This document shows positions 1-8,463 of a stretch of DNA of 64,000 nt, one piece after another (within the stretch, counting starts at the first letter, position 1; every line of letters starts with the position of its first letter). A model generated the notes under the pieces. It saw only the letters and a program-made list of their open reading frames with translations. It was not told the origin of the DNA and did not search any database. The translations under genes were made by a program, and so were the position numbers. The stretch comes from an uncultured Prevotellaceae bacterium (GTDB lineage: Bacteria > Bacteroidota > Bacteroidia > Bacteroidales > Bacteroidaceae): NCBI GenBank assembly GCA_902799455.1, contig CADCAX010000007.1, positions 1,444 through 65,443 on the forward strand, read 5' to 3'.

Positions 1-642
1 AGACAGAAACTGGAGGAAGATACAGAATATATCATCGTGCCACGTCACAACCTTACCACAGCCCTGACTGCCGCAGCAAACGGAGCAATAACGATAGAGA
101 ACACCACTTATGGCGAAAACCAACGCTGGAGACTCAGAAAGAACGGGGCTTCTGTCAATTACTCCGGACCTTTCATTCTTGAAAATGCGCGAGGCGAGCT
201 ATTAACTTCTTTTAGAGCCTCTGGCTCGTCAAAACTGACTGCACAGACTTCGACATCTTCCGAACAGAAGTTCTATCTGAACGCCATTGATTTACCTTAC
301 TATAAGATATCACCAGCCAGCTATAGCAGCTACGCCTTTGACCTCAGCAATGCCAACAGCAGTGCGGGTACAACTGTTTGTACATGGCAATACACAGCCG
401 ACACCGATACCCCAACCCATCGTCAGTGGATGTTCTGCCCTGTGCGTAATATTGATGATACAGGCATCAACCAACTTGCTGACAAGTCGTATGAGGTACG
501 AAAAGCTGCATGTGCCGATGGCATCTATGACCTGACGGGCCGACGTATTCTCAGCACTGCTTCTGCAAATGCTTTGAGACAATTGCCTCGTGGCATCTAT
601 GTGGTATGCATAAATGGAGAGAGGAAGATTATTCAGAAATAG
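1..642 (+). CDS. 3' part of a T9SS-secreted protein with ricin-type beta-trefoil-like repeats (starts before the window)
   Basis: Frame is open from base 1. QRW/QKF/RQW ricin-like motifs; C-terminal 'GIYDLTGRR...LPRGIYVVCINGERKIIQK' is a type A T9SS sorting domain. Confidence 0.75.
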   Translation, partial: RQKLEEDTEYIIVPRHNLTTALTAAANGAITIENTTYGENQRWRLRKNGASVNYSGPFILENARGELLTSFRASGSSKLTAQTSTSSEQKFYLNAIDLPYYKISPASYSSYAFDLSNANSSAGTTVCTWQYTADTDTPTHRQWMFCPVRNIDDTGINQLADKSYEVRKAACADGIYDLTGRRILSTASANALRQLPRGIYVVCINGERKIIQK

Positions 643-653
643 TCTCATACAAA

Positions 654-1049
654 ATGGAATATTTATTTGAACATAAGGATAAGGTTCGCGATTATGAATG
701 CGACCTGCAGGGCATTGTGAATAATGCCAACTACCAACATTATACTGAGCATGCACGTCATGAATTTCTGCTTGCCAACGGCATCAGTTTTGCCGAGCTT
801 CATGAGCAGGGCATCGACTGCGTTGTGGCAAAGATAGAGATGCGCTTCAAAGTGCCTCTCCGCTCACGCGACGAATATGCCGTACGCATAAACATGGTGA
901 AGGAGGGATTGAGATATATCTTCCTGCAGGATATCTACCGCCTGCCTGACAACACGCTGTGCATGAAGGCAAAGGTGGAGGCCGTATGCCTGATAAACGG
1001 AAAGTTAGGAGACACAGACATTTTAATGCGAGCACTATGCAAAAACTAA
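654..1049 (+). CDS. Acyl-CoA thioesterase (4HBT/YbgC-like hot-dog fold)
   Basis: 'VRDYECDLQGIVNNANYQHYTEHAR' motif; ATG at 654 just after the upstream stop. Confidence 0.9.
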   Translation: MEYLFEHKDKVRDYECDLQGIVNNANYQHYTEHARHEFLLANGISFAELHEQGIDCVVAKIEMRFKVPLRSRDEYAVRINMVKEGLRYIFLQDIYRLPDNTLCMKAKVEAVCLINGKLGDTDILMRALCKN

Positions 1050-2524
1050 AAGAGCTATATACCACCTGGCACGGCACAGAGCCGGCAAAGATGGAGAGAC
1101 TGCCAGGGGCCGGCAGCAATCGCGAATATTACAGGATAACAGACGAGGATGGCAAGACATACATCGGCTGTGTGGGAACATCGAGGGATGAGAACCACGC
1201 CTTCCTGTCGCTGGCAAAACATTTCACCAAGCGAAAGCTCCCCGTACCACGTGTGCTGGCAGAGAGCGAGGACGAACTGAGATACATACAGAACGATCTC
1301 GGCAGCCTGTCGCTGTATGATGCCATAAAGGGTGGCCGCGATGCCGGAGGGCGCTATAACGTAAAGGAGAAGGAATTGCTCAGGCGTACCATCCGCGAAC
1401 TGCCTAACATGCAGATAAGAGGTGCACGAGGCCTGGACTTCTCAGTGTGCTATCCGCAGCCGGCTTTCGACCAGGAGGGCATACTCTTCGACCTCAACTA
1501 TTTTAAGTATTGTTTCCTCAAGGAGACTCTGCCAGACTTCCACGAACTGAAACTGGAGGCAAACTTCCGCCTTCTGGCAAAAGACCTTGAGGCAAGCACT
1601 TCCGCACCGGTGGAGTCGTTCCTCTACCGCGACTTCCAGGCCCGCAATGTGATGCTCGACGCAAAGGGGAAGCCTTATTTCATAGACTTCCAGGGAGGTC
1701 GTCGCGGACCGTATTACTACGACGTGGCATCATTCCTGTGGCAGGCAGCCGCACGTTATTCTGACAGCCTGAGGAAGGAACTCATAAAGGAGTATTACGA
1801 GTCCCTGAAACATTATACCGAAGTACCCTCCTTCAGGGCCTTCAACGAAAGGCTGCAGCTGTTTGTGCTCTTCCGCACCATGCAAGTGTTGGGGGCATAC
1901 GGCTTCCGGGGATATTTCGAGCGCAAGGCACACTTTATCGAGAGCATACCATTCGCCATACAGAACCTGCGCAACCTGCTGGCAAAGAACAATTACCCCT
2001 ACCCTTACCTTGTCACCATACTGAAGCAGCTGACAGAGCTGCCGCAGTTTGCCCCGAAGCAAAAGCCGCAAGTCGAGGGAAAGGCATCGGTATCAAAATA
2101 TGACGGCAAGGGTCCGCTGGTGGTGAGGGTCTATTCCTTCTCTTACAAGAAAGGCATTCCCGAGGACACCTCCGGCAACGGCGGCGGATATGTCTTCGAC
2201 TGCCGCTCTACCCACAACCCGGGGCGTTACGAGCAGTATAAGCAACTCACGGGACTCGACGAGCCGGTGATACGATTCCTGGAAGACGACGGTGAGATAC
2301 TGACATTCCTGGAGAGTGTCTACAAGCTGGCCGATGCCCATGTGGAGCGATACATAAAGCGAGGCTTTACGAGTCTGATGTTCTCCTTTGGATGCACCGG
2401 CGGACAGCACCGCAGCGTCTATTCCGCACAGCATCTGGCAGAACACATACATGAGAAATACGGCATCGAGGTGCACGTCGAACATAGAGAACAAGGCGTA
2501 AAGAAATGCTTCTCCGCTTCATAA
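1037..2524 (+). CDS. APH-family phosphotransferase (AmgK-like) fused to a RapZ C-terminal domain
   Basis: N-terminal 'GAGSNREYYR', 'YRDFQARNVM', 'IDFQGGRRGP'; C-terminal 'VYSFSYKKGIP...VFDCRSTHNP...FGCTGGQHRSV' (RapZ-C). Confidence 0.85.
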   Translation: MQKLKELYTTWHGTEPAKMERLPGAGSNREYYRITDEDGKTYIGCVGTSRDENHAFLSLAKHFTKRKLPVPRVLAESEDELRYIQNDLGSLSLYDAIKGGRDAGGRYNVKEKELLRRTIRELPNMQIRGARGLDFSVCYPQPAFDQEGILFDLNYFKYCFLKETLPDFHELKLEANFRLLAKDLEASTSAPVESFLYRDFQARNVMLDAKGKPYFIDFQGGRRGPYYYDVASFLWQAAARYSDSLRKELIKEYYESLKHYTEVPSFRAFNERLQLFVLFRTMQVLGAYGFRGYFERKAHFIESIPFAIQNLRNLLAKNNYPYPYLVTILKQLTELPQFAPKQKPQVEGKASVSKYDGKGPLVVRVYSFSYKKGIPEDTSGNGGGYVFDCRSTHNPGRYEQYKQLTGLDEPVIRFLEDDGEILTFLESVYKLADAHVERYIKRGFTSLMFSFGCTGGQHRSVYSAQHLAEHIHEKYGIEVHVEHREQGVKKCFSAS

Positions 2525-3453
2525 AGAACTGGGCCCTTCCCATCTCGATGACGACAGGGGCGCTGGGATATGTCATCGGGCGCGAACTCCCACTGTCGGC
2601 AGACGTAAAGGGCGACATCGTACACGGCATAGAATGGCTGCAGCCCGTGCTGCTCTTCTGCATGCTCTTTGTGACATTCTGCAAAGTGCCGCCGTCGGCC
2701 CTGAAGCCCAAGATGCTACACCTGTGGCTGCTGATGATACAGTGCATTTTCTTCATCATCACATGCACAGTGCTCTACCTCTTTCCGCAGACGGAATACC
2801 GGCTGCTGGCAGAGACCTTCCTGCTGGTTATGATATGCCCCACCGCGACGGCATGTGCCGTAGTGACGTCAAAACTGGGCGGTGATGCCGGACTCACTAC
2901 ATCCTACACCATCCTCGTATGCATCGTGGCAGCCGTCATGATACCCATCTTCCTGCCCCTCGCCTCGGCACGTCACGGGATGGCCTTCCTGCCCACCCTG
3001 CTGCTGATACTGAAAAACGTCTTCCCCCTGCTGCTGGCACCGTTGTTCCTGGCATGGGGCGTGAGATATTTCTTTCCGAGGCTGCTCAACATGATACTAA
3101 GCCAAAAGGACTTGGGATTTCACATGTGGACAGTAGCATTATCATTAGCGATAGCAGTTACCGTGAGAGCCCTTTATAACAGCAGCATCAGCATTGCCGA
3201 GATGACGGGCATCGCTGTCGTTTCTTTAGCGGGATGCCTGCTGCAGTTCTGGCTCGGAAAAGCCATTGGCGGACATTACGGTTTCCGTCTCGAAGGCGGT
3301 CAGGCCCTGGGACAGAAAAACACCATCTTCGCCATCTGGCTGGGCTACACCTTCCTGTCGCCCATCAGCGCCACCGCCGGCGGTTTCTACTCCATCTGGC
3401 ACAATCTGGTAAATACGTATCAGCTGTACAAATATAGAAAGGTTAGCGGTTAG
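2506..3453 (+). CDS. Bile acid:sodium symporter (BASS) family transporter
   Basis: Many TM helices; 'CPTATACAVVTSKLGG' and 'GQALGQKNT' motifs. Confidence 0.85.
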   Translation: MLLRFIKNWALPISMTTGALGYVIGRELPLSADVKGDIVHGIEWLQPVLLFCMLFVTFCKVPPSALKPKMLHLWLLMIQCIFFIITCTVLYLFPQTEYRLLAETFLLVMICPTATACAVVTSKLGGDAGLTTSYTILVCIVAAVMIPIFLPLASARHGMAFLPTLLLILKNVFPLLLAPLFLAWGVRYFFPRLLNMILSQKDLGFHMWTVALSLAIAVTVRALYNSSISIAEMTGIAVVSLAGCLLQFWLGKAIGGHYGFRLEGGQALGQKNTIFAIWLGYTFLSPISATAGGFYSIWHNLVNTYQLYKYRKVSG

Positions 3454-3471
3454 CGAAAAGTGAGGGAGAGA

Positions 3472-4110
3472 CTATTCTGCAAAGAAAACTTTACTGCTTC
3501 TTGAGCCTTCGGACTTGACACCAGGGATATTGTTCAGTTCTTTGGCGGCCTTGGTGTGCGACAGCCCTGTTAGGCGCACATAGTCGCTGACACGCATCAC
3601 GGTGTGCTTTTCCAGATATGCCAGTGCCCGTGCCCTGCGTTCCTCGAGGGTGTATTTCGACTTGCGCAGCGGTTCCTCGCCACCACGTTCCAGACGGCAT
3701 TCGCAGTTGGTGTCCCTGACGAGCGACTTCGCTGGCTTCCACAATATTCCCGTCACCTCCAGACTACGTGCGTTCAGCGAACGCTGCGTGCTGTCATCGC
3801 TCTCGTCCGTTGTGGGGGATGATGCCTCTTCGTTCAGGCGTTTCCGTGCATCGCGGGTCAGTCCTATCTGTGCCTTGAAGGTGCCCAGTCCGTCGATGGT
3901 GACGCTGTATCCGCGTGCCATGCGCTTTGCCAGCTGGTCGGCCACGAGGCTGAGGATGCCCATAATCTCCGGCCCCGAAAAAGTAGTGTTCCGCGCACAG
4001 TCCTCTATGAAGTCCGCGTTGTCCATCGGCATCGTCTGCATCCTGTACGTAAATATGGTCTGCCCCGGGTTGTTCAGGTCAACCATTTCTCTCTTGATAT
4101 ACCTAGCCAT
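3472..4110 (-). CDS. HU/IHF-like DNA-binding protein (Bacteroidetes type) with a C-terminal HTH-like domain
   Basis: 'GYSVTIDGLGTFKAQIG' HU-like motif; C-terminal 'MRVSDYVRLTGLSHTKAAKELN' resembles an HTH. Confidence 0.8.
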   Translation of the reverse strand: MARYIKREMVDLNNPGQTIFTYRMQTMPMDNADFIEDCARNTTFSGPEIMGILSLVADQLAKRMARGYSVTIDGLGTFKAQIGLTRDARKRLNEEASSPTTDESDDSTQRSLNARSLEVTGILWKPAKSLVRDTNCECRLERGGEEPLRKSKYTLEERRARALAYLEKHTVMRVSDYVRLTGLSHTKAAKELNNIPGVKSEGSRSSKVFFAE

Positions 4111-4154
4111 AATTCTTACACTTAGTATGGATAATACTTGCGATTAGTTAGGTG

Positions 4155-4185
4155 CAAAGTTACGAAATCCTAACTAAATAACAAA
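4155..4185 (-). promoter_or_regulatory. Bacteroidetes sigma70-type promoter for the HU-like gene
   Basis: Minus strand reads TTTG-N19-TAACTTTG, matching the -33/-7 consensus. Confidence 0.7.
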
Positions 4186-4190
4186 AACTT

Positions 4191-4266
4191 CGACGTCATT
4201 TTATTATTTTACGTCGTATTTTTATTATTTCACGACGTAGTTTTATTATTCTGCGACGTATTTTTG
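4191..4266. repeat. 21-bp tandem repeat (~3.5 copies), approximately CGACGTAnTTTTATTATTTYA
   Basis: Units start at 4191, 4212, 4233 and 4254. Confidence 0.85.
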
Positions 4267-4341
4267 AAGAAAATCCCAACTAAAAGTGAGAATTATCCTA
4301 ACCAAAAGCAAGAATAATCCCTACTTAGTTGAACTTTTGAG

Positions 4342-5073
4342 TCAATACTCTATCTTTTCGAGGAACAGGGCATTGGCGGGCATTGACTCACCGGCCTGGC
4401 AGCGGCTCTTGCCCTCTATGACGGAGCGGAACTGCTCAAGGGTCATGCGATGGCGGCCCACCTCAACCAGCGTACCGACAACAGCACGCACCATGTTTCG
4501 CAAGAAGCGATTGGCCTTGATGACAAAAAACCATTCGGAGTCACCCGTCTTTACCCACTCTGCCTCCACAACATCGCAGAGGGTGGTCTTGACATCGGTA
4601 TGACTCTTGCAGAAACACGCAAAATCCTTGTATTCCATCAGCATACGCGCTGCCTCGTTCATAAGCGGAAAATCGAGGTCGTAATGGCAAAGCCAGGTAT
4701 AATGACGATTGAAGGGAGTTGGTTTTAAGGAAAGATAATAATGATATGTGCGCCACTTTGCAGAGAAGCGTGCATGCATATCGTCAGGCACACTCTCCGT
4801 CTTCTCTATCCTGATGTCAGGCGGAAGCATTCTGTTGAGCTTGTACGTCAGCTGCGAGGTATCGGCAACCGGCTCCTCAACATCAAAATGGGCCACCATA
4901 TGCCTGGCATGAACCCCGGCATCCGTGCGGCCTGCACCCACGATGTCGACAGGGACTCCAAGCAACGTCGAGAGACAACGTTCTATCTCGCCCTCAATGC
5001 TGATGCCATTGGGCTGTATCTGCCATCCGTGATAGCGCGAACCGTCGTATGATAGATGGATAAAATATCGCAC
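4342..5073 (-). CDS. truA: tRNA pseudouridine(38-40) synthase
   Basis: 'YDGSRYHGWQ', 'GAGRTDAGVHA', 'RFLRNMVR'. Confidence 0.97.
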   Translation of the reverse strand: MRYFIHLSYDGSRYHGWQIQPNGISIEGEIERCLSTLLGVPVDIVGAGRTDAGVHARHMVAHFDVEEPVADTSQLTYKLNRMLPPDIRIEKTESVPDDMHARFSAKWRTYHYYLSLKPTPFNRHYTWLCHYDLDFPLMNEAARMLMEYKDFACFCKSHTDVKTTLCDVVEAEWVKTGDSEWFFVIKANRFLRNMVRAVVGTLVEVGRHRMTLEQFRSVIEGKSRCQAGESMPANALFLEKIEY

Positions 5074-5081
5074 TTTATTAT

Positions 5082-5114
5082 AGTTAAGAGTTAAGAGTTA
5101 AGAGTTAAGAGTTA
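5082..5114. repeat. Heptamer array (GTTAAGA)n
   Basis: About 4.5 tandem copies directly visible. Confidence 0.9.
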
Positions 5115-5221
5115 TGAATTCTTGGGCAAAGGTACAAAAAAATTTGTATATAAGGAATTTTTTTCGTAATTTTGCACCGCTTTAATAGAAGTAAGAACAA
5201 ATCAAAATAAAATATAACGAC

Positions 5222-7696
5222 ATGAATATTTCGTACAAATGGCTGAAAGAGTATGTTGACTTTGACCTTACACCGGAAGAGGTGTGTGCGGCACTTACCA
5301 GCACTGGTCTTGAAGTGGACGCATTGGAAGAAGTTCAGACTATCAAAGGTGGCCTTAAAGGATTATACGTAGGACAGGTTCTCACTTGCGAGCCTCATCC
5401 TGACAGTGACCACATGCACGTTTGCAGCGTTGATTTAGGTAAAGAAGAACCCTCACAGATAGTATGCGGTGCTCCCAATGTGGCAGCAGGACAGAAGGTG
5501 ATAGTAGCCGACCTGGGATGCGTACTGTATGATGGCGACAAGGAGTTCAAGATAAAGAAATCAAAACTGCGTGGTGTAGAGTCTAACGGCATGATATGTG
5601 CCGAGGACGAAATCGGCATTGGCACCAGCCACGAGGGTATCATAGTATTACCGGAAGATGCTAAGGTGGGCACTCCTGCAGCAGAATATTACAACCTTGA
5701 GAGCGACTGGCTCATAGAGGTTGACATTACTGCCAACAGAGCTGACGGCCTGAGCCACTACGGCGTAGCACGCGATTTGTATGCTTGGCTTTGCTCTAAT
5801 GGTTACAAGACATCAATCCACAAGCCATCGGACAAAGACTTCAAGGTAGATAATCACGACCTCACCATCGATGTTGAGATACAAAATACTGAGGCTTGCC
5901 GCAGATATGCTTGCGTCAGTCTTACCAACTGCGAGGTAAAGGAATCACCAGAATGGCTGAAGAACAAGTTGAACATCATCGGCCTGCGTCCTATCAACAA
6001 CATCGTTGACATCACCAACTACATCATGATGGCGTACGGACAACCGCTGCACTGCTTTGATGCTGATATGGTGACTGGTCATAAGATTATAGTAAAGGAC
6101 CAGAATGCCGGAAAGAAATTCATCACCCTTGATGGTGAGGAACACATACTTGGCGAACACGACCTTGCCATATGCAACGCCGAGGAGCCTATGTGTATCG
6201 CAGGTGTCTTTGGCGGTAAGGGTTCCGGTACTTACGAAACAACAAAGAATGTGGTACTGGAGGCAGCATACTTCCATCCTACATGGATAAGAAAATCTGC
6301 CCGCAGACACGGACTGAGCACAGATGCTTCATTCCGCTTCGAGAGAGGTATTGACCCAAACGGCACTCTGTACGCCCTGAAGCAGGCAGCATTGCTCTGT
6401 AAGGAATTGGCTGGTGCGAAAATTTCAAGCGAAATCGTAGATGAATATCCGAACAAGATAGAGAATCCAACCATGAGACTGGACTTCTCTTATGTCGATA
6501 ACCTCATTGGCAAGAAGATAGGTCACGATGTTATCAAGAACATTTTGACATCTCTGGAGATAGAGATAAACAGCGAAGATGCCGAGGGACTGCAGATTAC
6601 TGTCCCAGCATACAGGGTTGACGTACAGAGACCTTGTGACGTTGTAGAGGATATCCTCCGCATTTATGGATACAACAATGTTGAGATTCCTACCCAGCTG
6701 AAGTCAAGTCTTACCACAAAGGCTTTCGAGGACCAGAGGCACAAGATGCAAAATCTGGTAGCAGAGCAGCTCGTAGGTAGCGGCTTCAATGAGATACTTA
6801 ACAACTCCCTCACAAAGGGTGCATACTATAACGAACTGAAGGCATATCCAAAGGAGAACCTCGTTTCTATCGTTAACCCACTCTCCAGCGACCTCAACGT
6901 GATGCGTCAGACACTTCTCTTCGGAGGTCTTGAGAGCATCATGAGAAATGCCAACAGAAAGATGCCAAACCTCAGATTCTTTGAATTTGGTAACTGCTAC
7001 CAGCACTTCGAAGACAAGAGGGATGACGAGAATCCTATGAAGGCATATTCCGAGGAGACACACCTGGGACTCTGGATAACAGGTAAGAAGGTAGAAGGCT
7101 CTTGGGCGCATCCTAACGAGGACTCTTCTTTCTATGAGTTGAAGGCTCATGTGGAGAACATCCTCAAACGCATCGGTATGCCAGAAGGTATGCTGGTATG
7201 CGAGAAGAGCGACAACGATATTTTCTCTGCAGGCCTCACCCTGAAGAACCGTAGCGGCAAGGTGTTCGTAGAGATGGGTATCGTAAACAAAGCACAGACA
7301 ACAAATAAGGCTAACAATGTGCTTATCGATGCTCCTGTATATTTCGCAGACATCTATTGGACACAGGTTACCAATGCCGTAAAGAAAGCAGAGGTACATT
7401 TTTCAGAAATACCTAAGTTCCCATCTGTTTCACGCGACCTGGCACTGTTGTTGGATTCAAATATAGAATTTGCGCAGGTAGAGAAGATTGCTCGCCAGAC
7501 AGAGAAGAAACTGCTGACAAAGGTAGAGCTGTTTGATGTCTATGAAGGCAAGAATCTGCCAGAGGGTAAGAAGTCTTATGCCGTTAACTTCGTCTTCACA
7601 GACCCGGAGAAGACTATGAACGACAGACAGATTGAAGCTATTATGACAAAACTCATTCTGAACCTGAAGAAGGAACTTAATTGTGAACTGAGATAA
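5222..7696 (+). CDS. pheT: Phenylalanine--tRNA ligase beta subunit
   Basis: 'MNISYKWLKEY', tRNA-binding OB domain, 'TANRADGLSHYGVARD', C-terminal FDX-ACB domain. Confidence 0.98.
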   Translation: MNISYKWLKEYVDFDLTPEEVCAALTSTGLEVDALEEVQTIKGGLKGLYVGQVLTCEPHPDSDHMHVCSVDLGKEEPSQIVCGAPNVAAGQKVIVADLGCVLYDGDKEFKIKKSKLRGVESNGMICAEDEIGIGTSHEGIIVLPEDAKVGTPAAEYYNLESDWLIEVDITANRADGLSHYGVARDLYAWLCSNGYKTSIHKPSDKDFKVDNHDLTIDVEIQNTEACRRYACVSLTNCEVKESPEWLKNKLNIIGLRPINNIVDITNYIMMAYGQPLHCFDADMVTGHKIIVKDQNAGKKFITLDGEEHILGEHDLAICNAEEPMCIAGVFGGKGSGTYETTKNVVLEAAYFHPTWIRKSARRHGLSTDASFRFERGIDPNGTLYALKQAALLCKELAGAKISSEIVDEYPNKIENPTMRLDFSYVDNLIGKKIGHDVIKNILTSLEIEINSEDAEGLQITVPAYRVDVQRPCDVVEDILRIYGYNNVEIPTQLKSSLTTKAFEDQRHKMQNLVAEQLVGSGFNEILNNSLTKGAYYNELKAYPKENLVSIVNPLSSDLNVMRQTLLFGGLESIMRNANRKMPNLRFFEFGNCYQHFEDKRDDENPMKAYSEETHLGLWITGKKVEGSWAHPNEDSSFYELKAHVENILKRIGMPEGMLVCEKSDNDIFSAGLTLKNRSGKVFVEMGIVNKAQTTNKANNVLIDAPVYFADIYWTQVTNAVKKAEVHFSEIPKFPSVSRDLALLLDSNIEFAQVEKIARQTEKKLLTKVELFDVYEGKNLPEGKKSYAVNFVFTDPEKTMNDRQIEAIMTKLILNLKKELNCELR

Positions 7697-7725
7697 TAAA
7701 CAACAACTAAAAATAACACAACAAC

Positions 7726-8463
7726 ATGGGAAGAGCATTTGAATATCGTAAAGCTACGAAGATGAAGCGTTGGGGTCATATGGCAAAGACCTTCACACGC
7801 CTGGGAAAACAGATTGCCATAGCAGTAAAGGCAGGTGGTCCTGATCCTGATACTAATCCTACACTGCGTTCTATCATCGCTACCTGTAAGCGTGAAAACA
7901 TGCCGAAGGACAACATCGAGCGTGCTATCAAGAATGCTATGGGTAAGGACCAGTCAGAATACAAGGAGGTGACATACGAAGGATATGGTCCTCACGGTAT
8001 TGCTGTATTCGTGGACACTCTGACTGACAACACCACACGTACCGTTGCTGATGTGCGTTCAGTATTCAACAAATTCTCTGGCAACCTCGGAACAACAGGT
8101 TCCTTAAGCTTCCTCTTCGACCATAAGTGTGTCTTCACCTTCAAAAAGAAGGATGACGTCGATATGGACGACCTGATTCTGGAGCTTATCGACTACAATG
8201 TTGATGACGAGTACGACGAGAACTATGACGAGGAGAAGGACGAGACAACAATCTCTGTCTATGGTGACCCAAAGTCATATGCACAGATTCAGAAGTTCCT
8301 TGAGGAGAAAGGTTTTGAGGATATCGGTGGCGAATTCACATACATCCCAAATGACCTGAAGGACGTTAATGAAGAACAGCGCGCAACCATTGACAAGATG
8401 GTAGAGAAACTCGAGGAATTTGACGATGTACAGACAGTATATACTAACATGAAGCCAGAGTGA
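7726..8463 (+). CDS. yebC: YebC/PmpR family protein
   Basis: 'NMPKDNIERAIK', 'YEGYGPHG', 'TDNTTRT', 'DDVQTVYTN'. Confidence 0.95.
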   Translation: MGRAFEYRKATKMKRWGHMAKTFTRLGKQIAIAVKAGGPDPDTNPTLRSIIATCKRENMPKDNIERAIKNAMGKDQSEYKEVTYEGYGPHGIAVFVDTLTDNTTRTVADVRSVFNKFSGNLGTTGSLSFLFDHKCVFTFKKKDDVDMDDLILELIDYNVDDEYDENYDEEKDETTISVYGDPKSYAQIQKFLEEKGFEDIGGEFTYIPNDLKDVNEEQRATIDKMVEKLEEFDDVQTVYTNMKPE

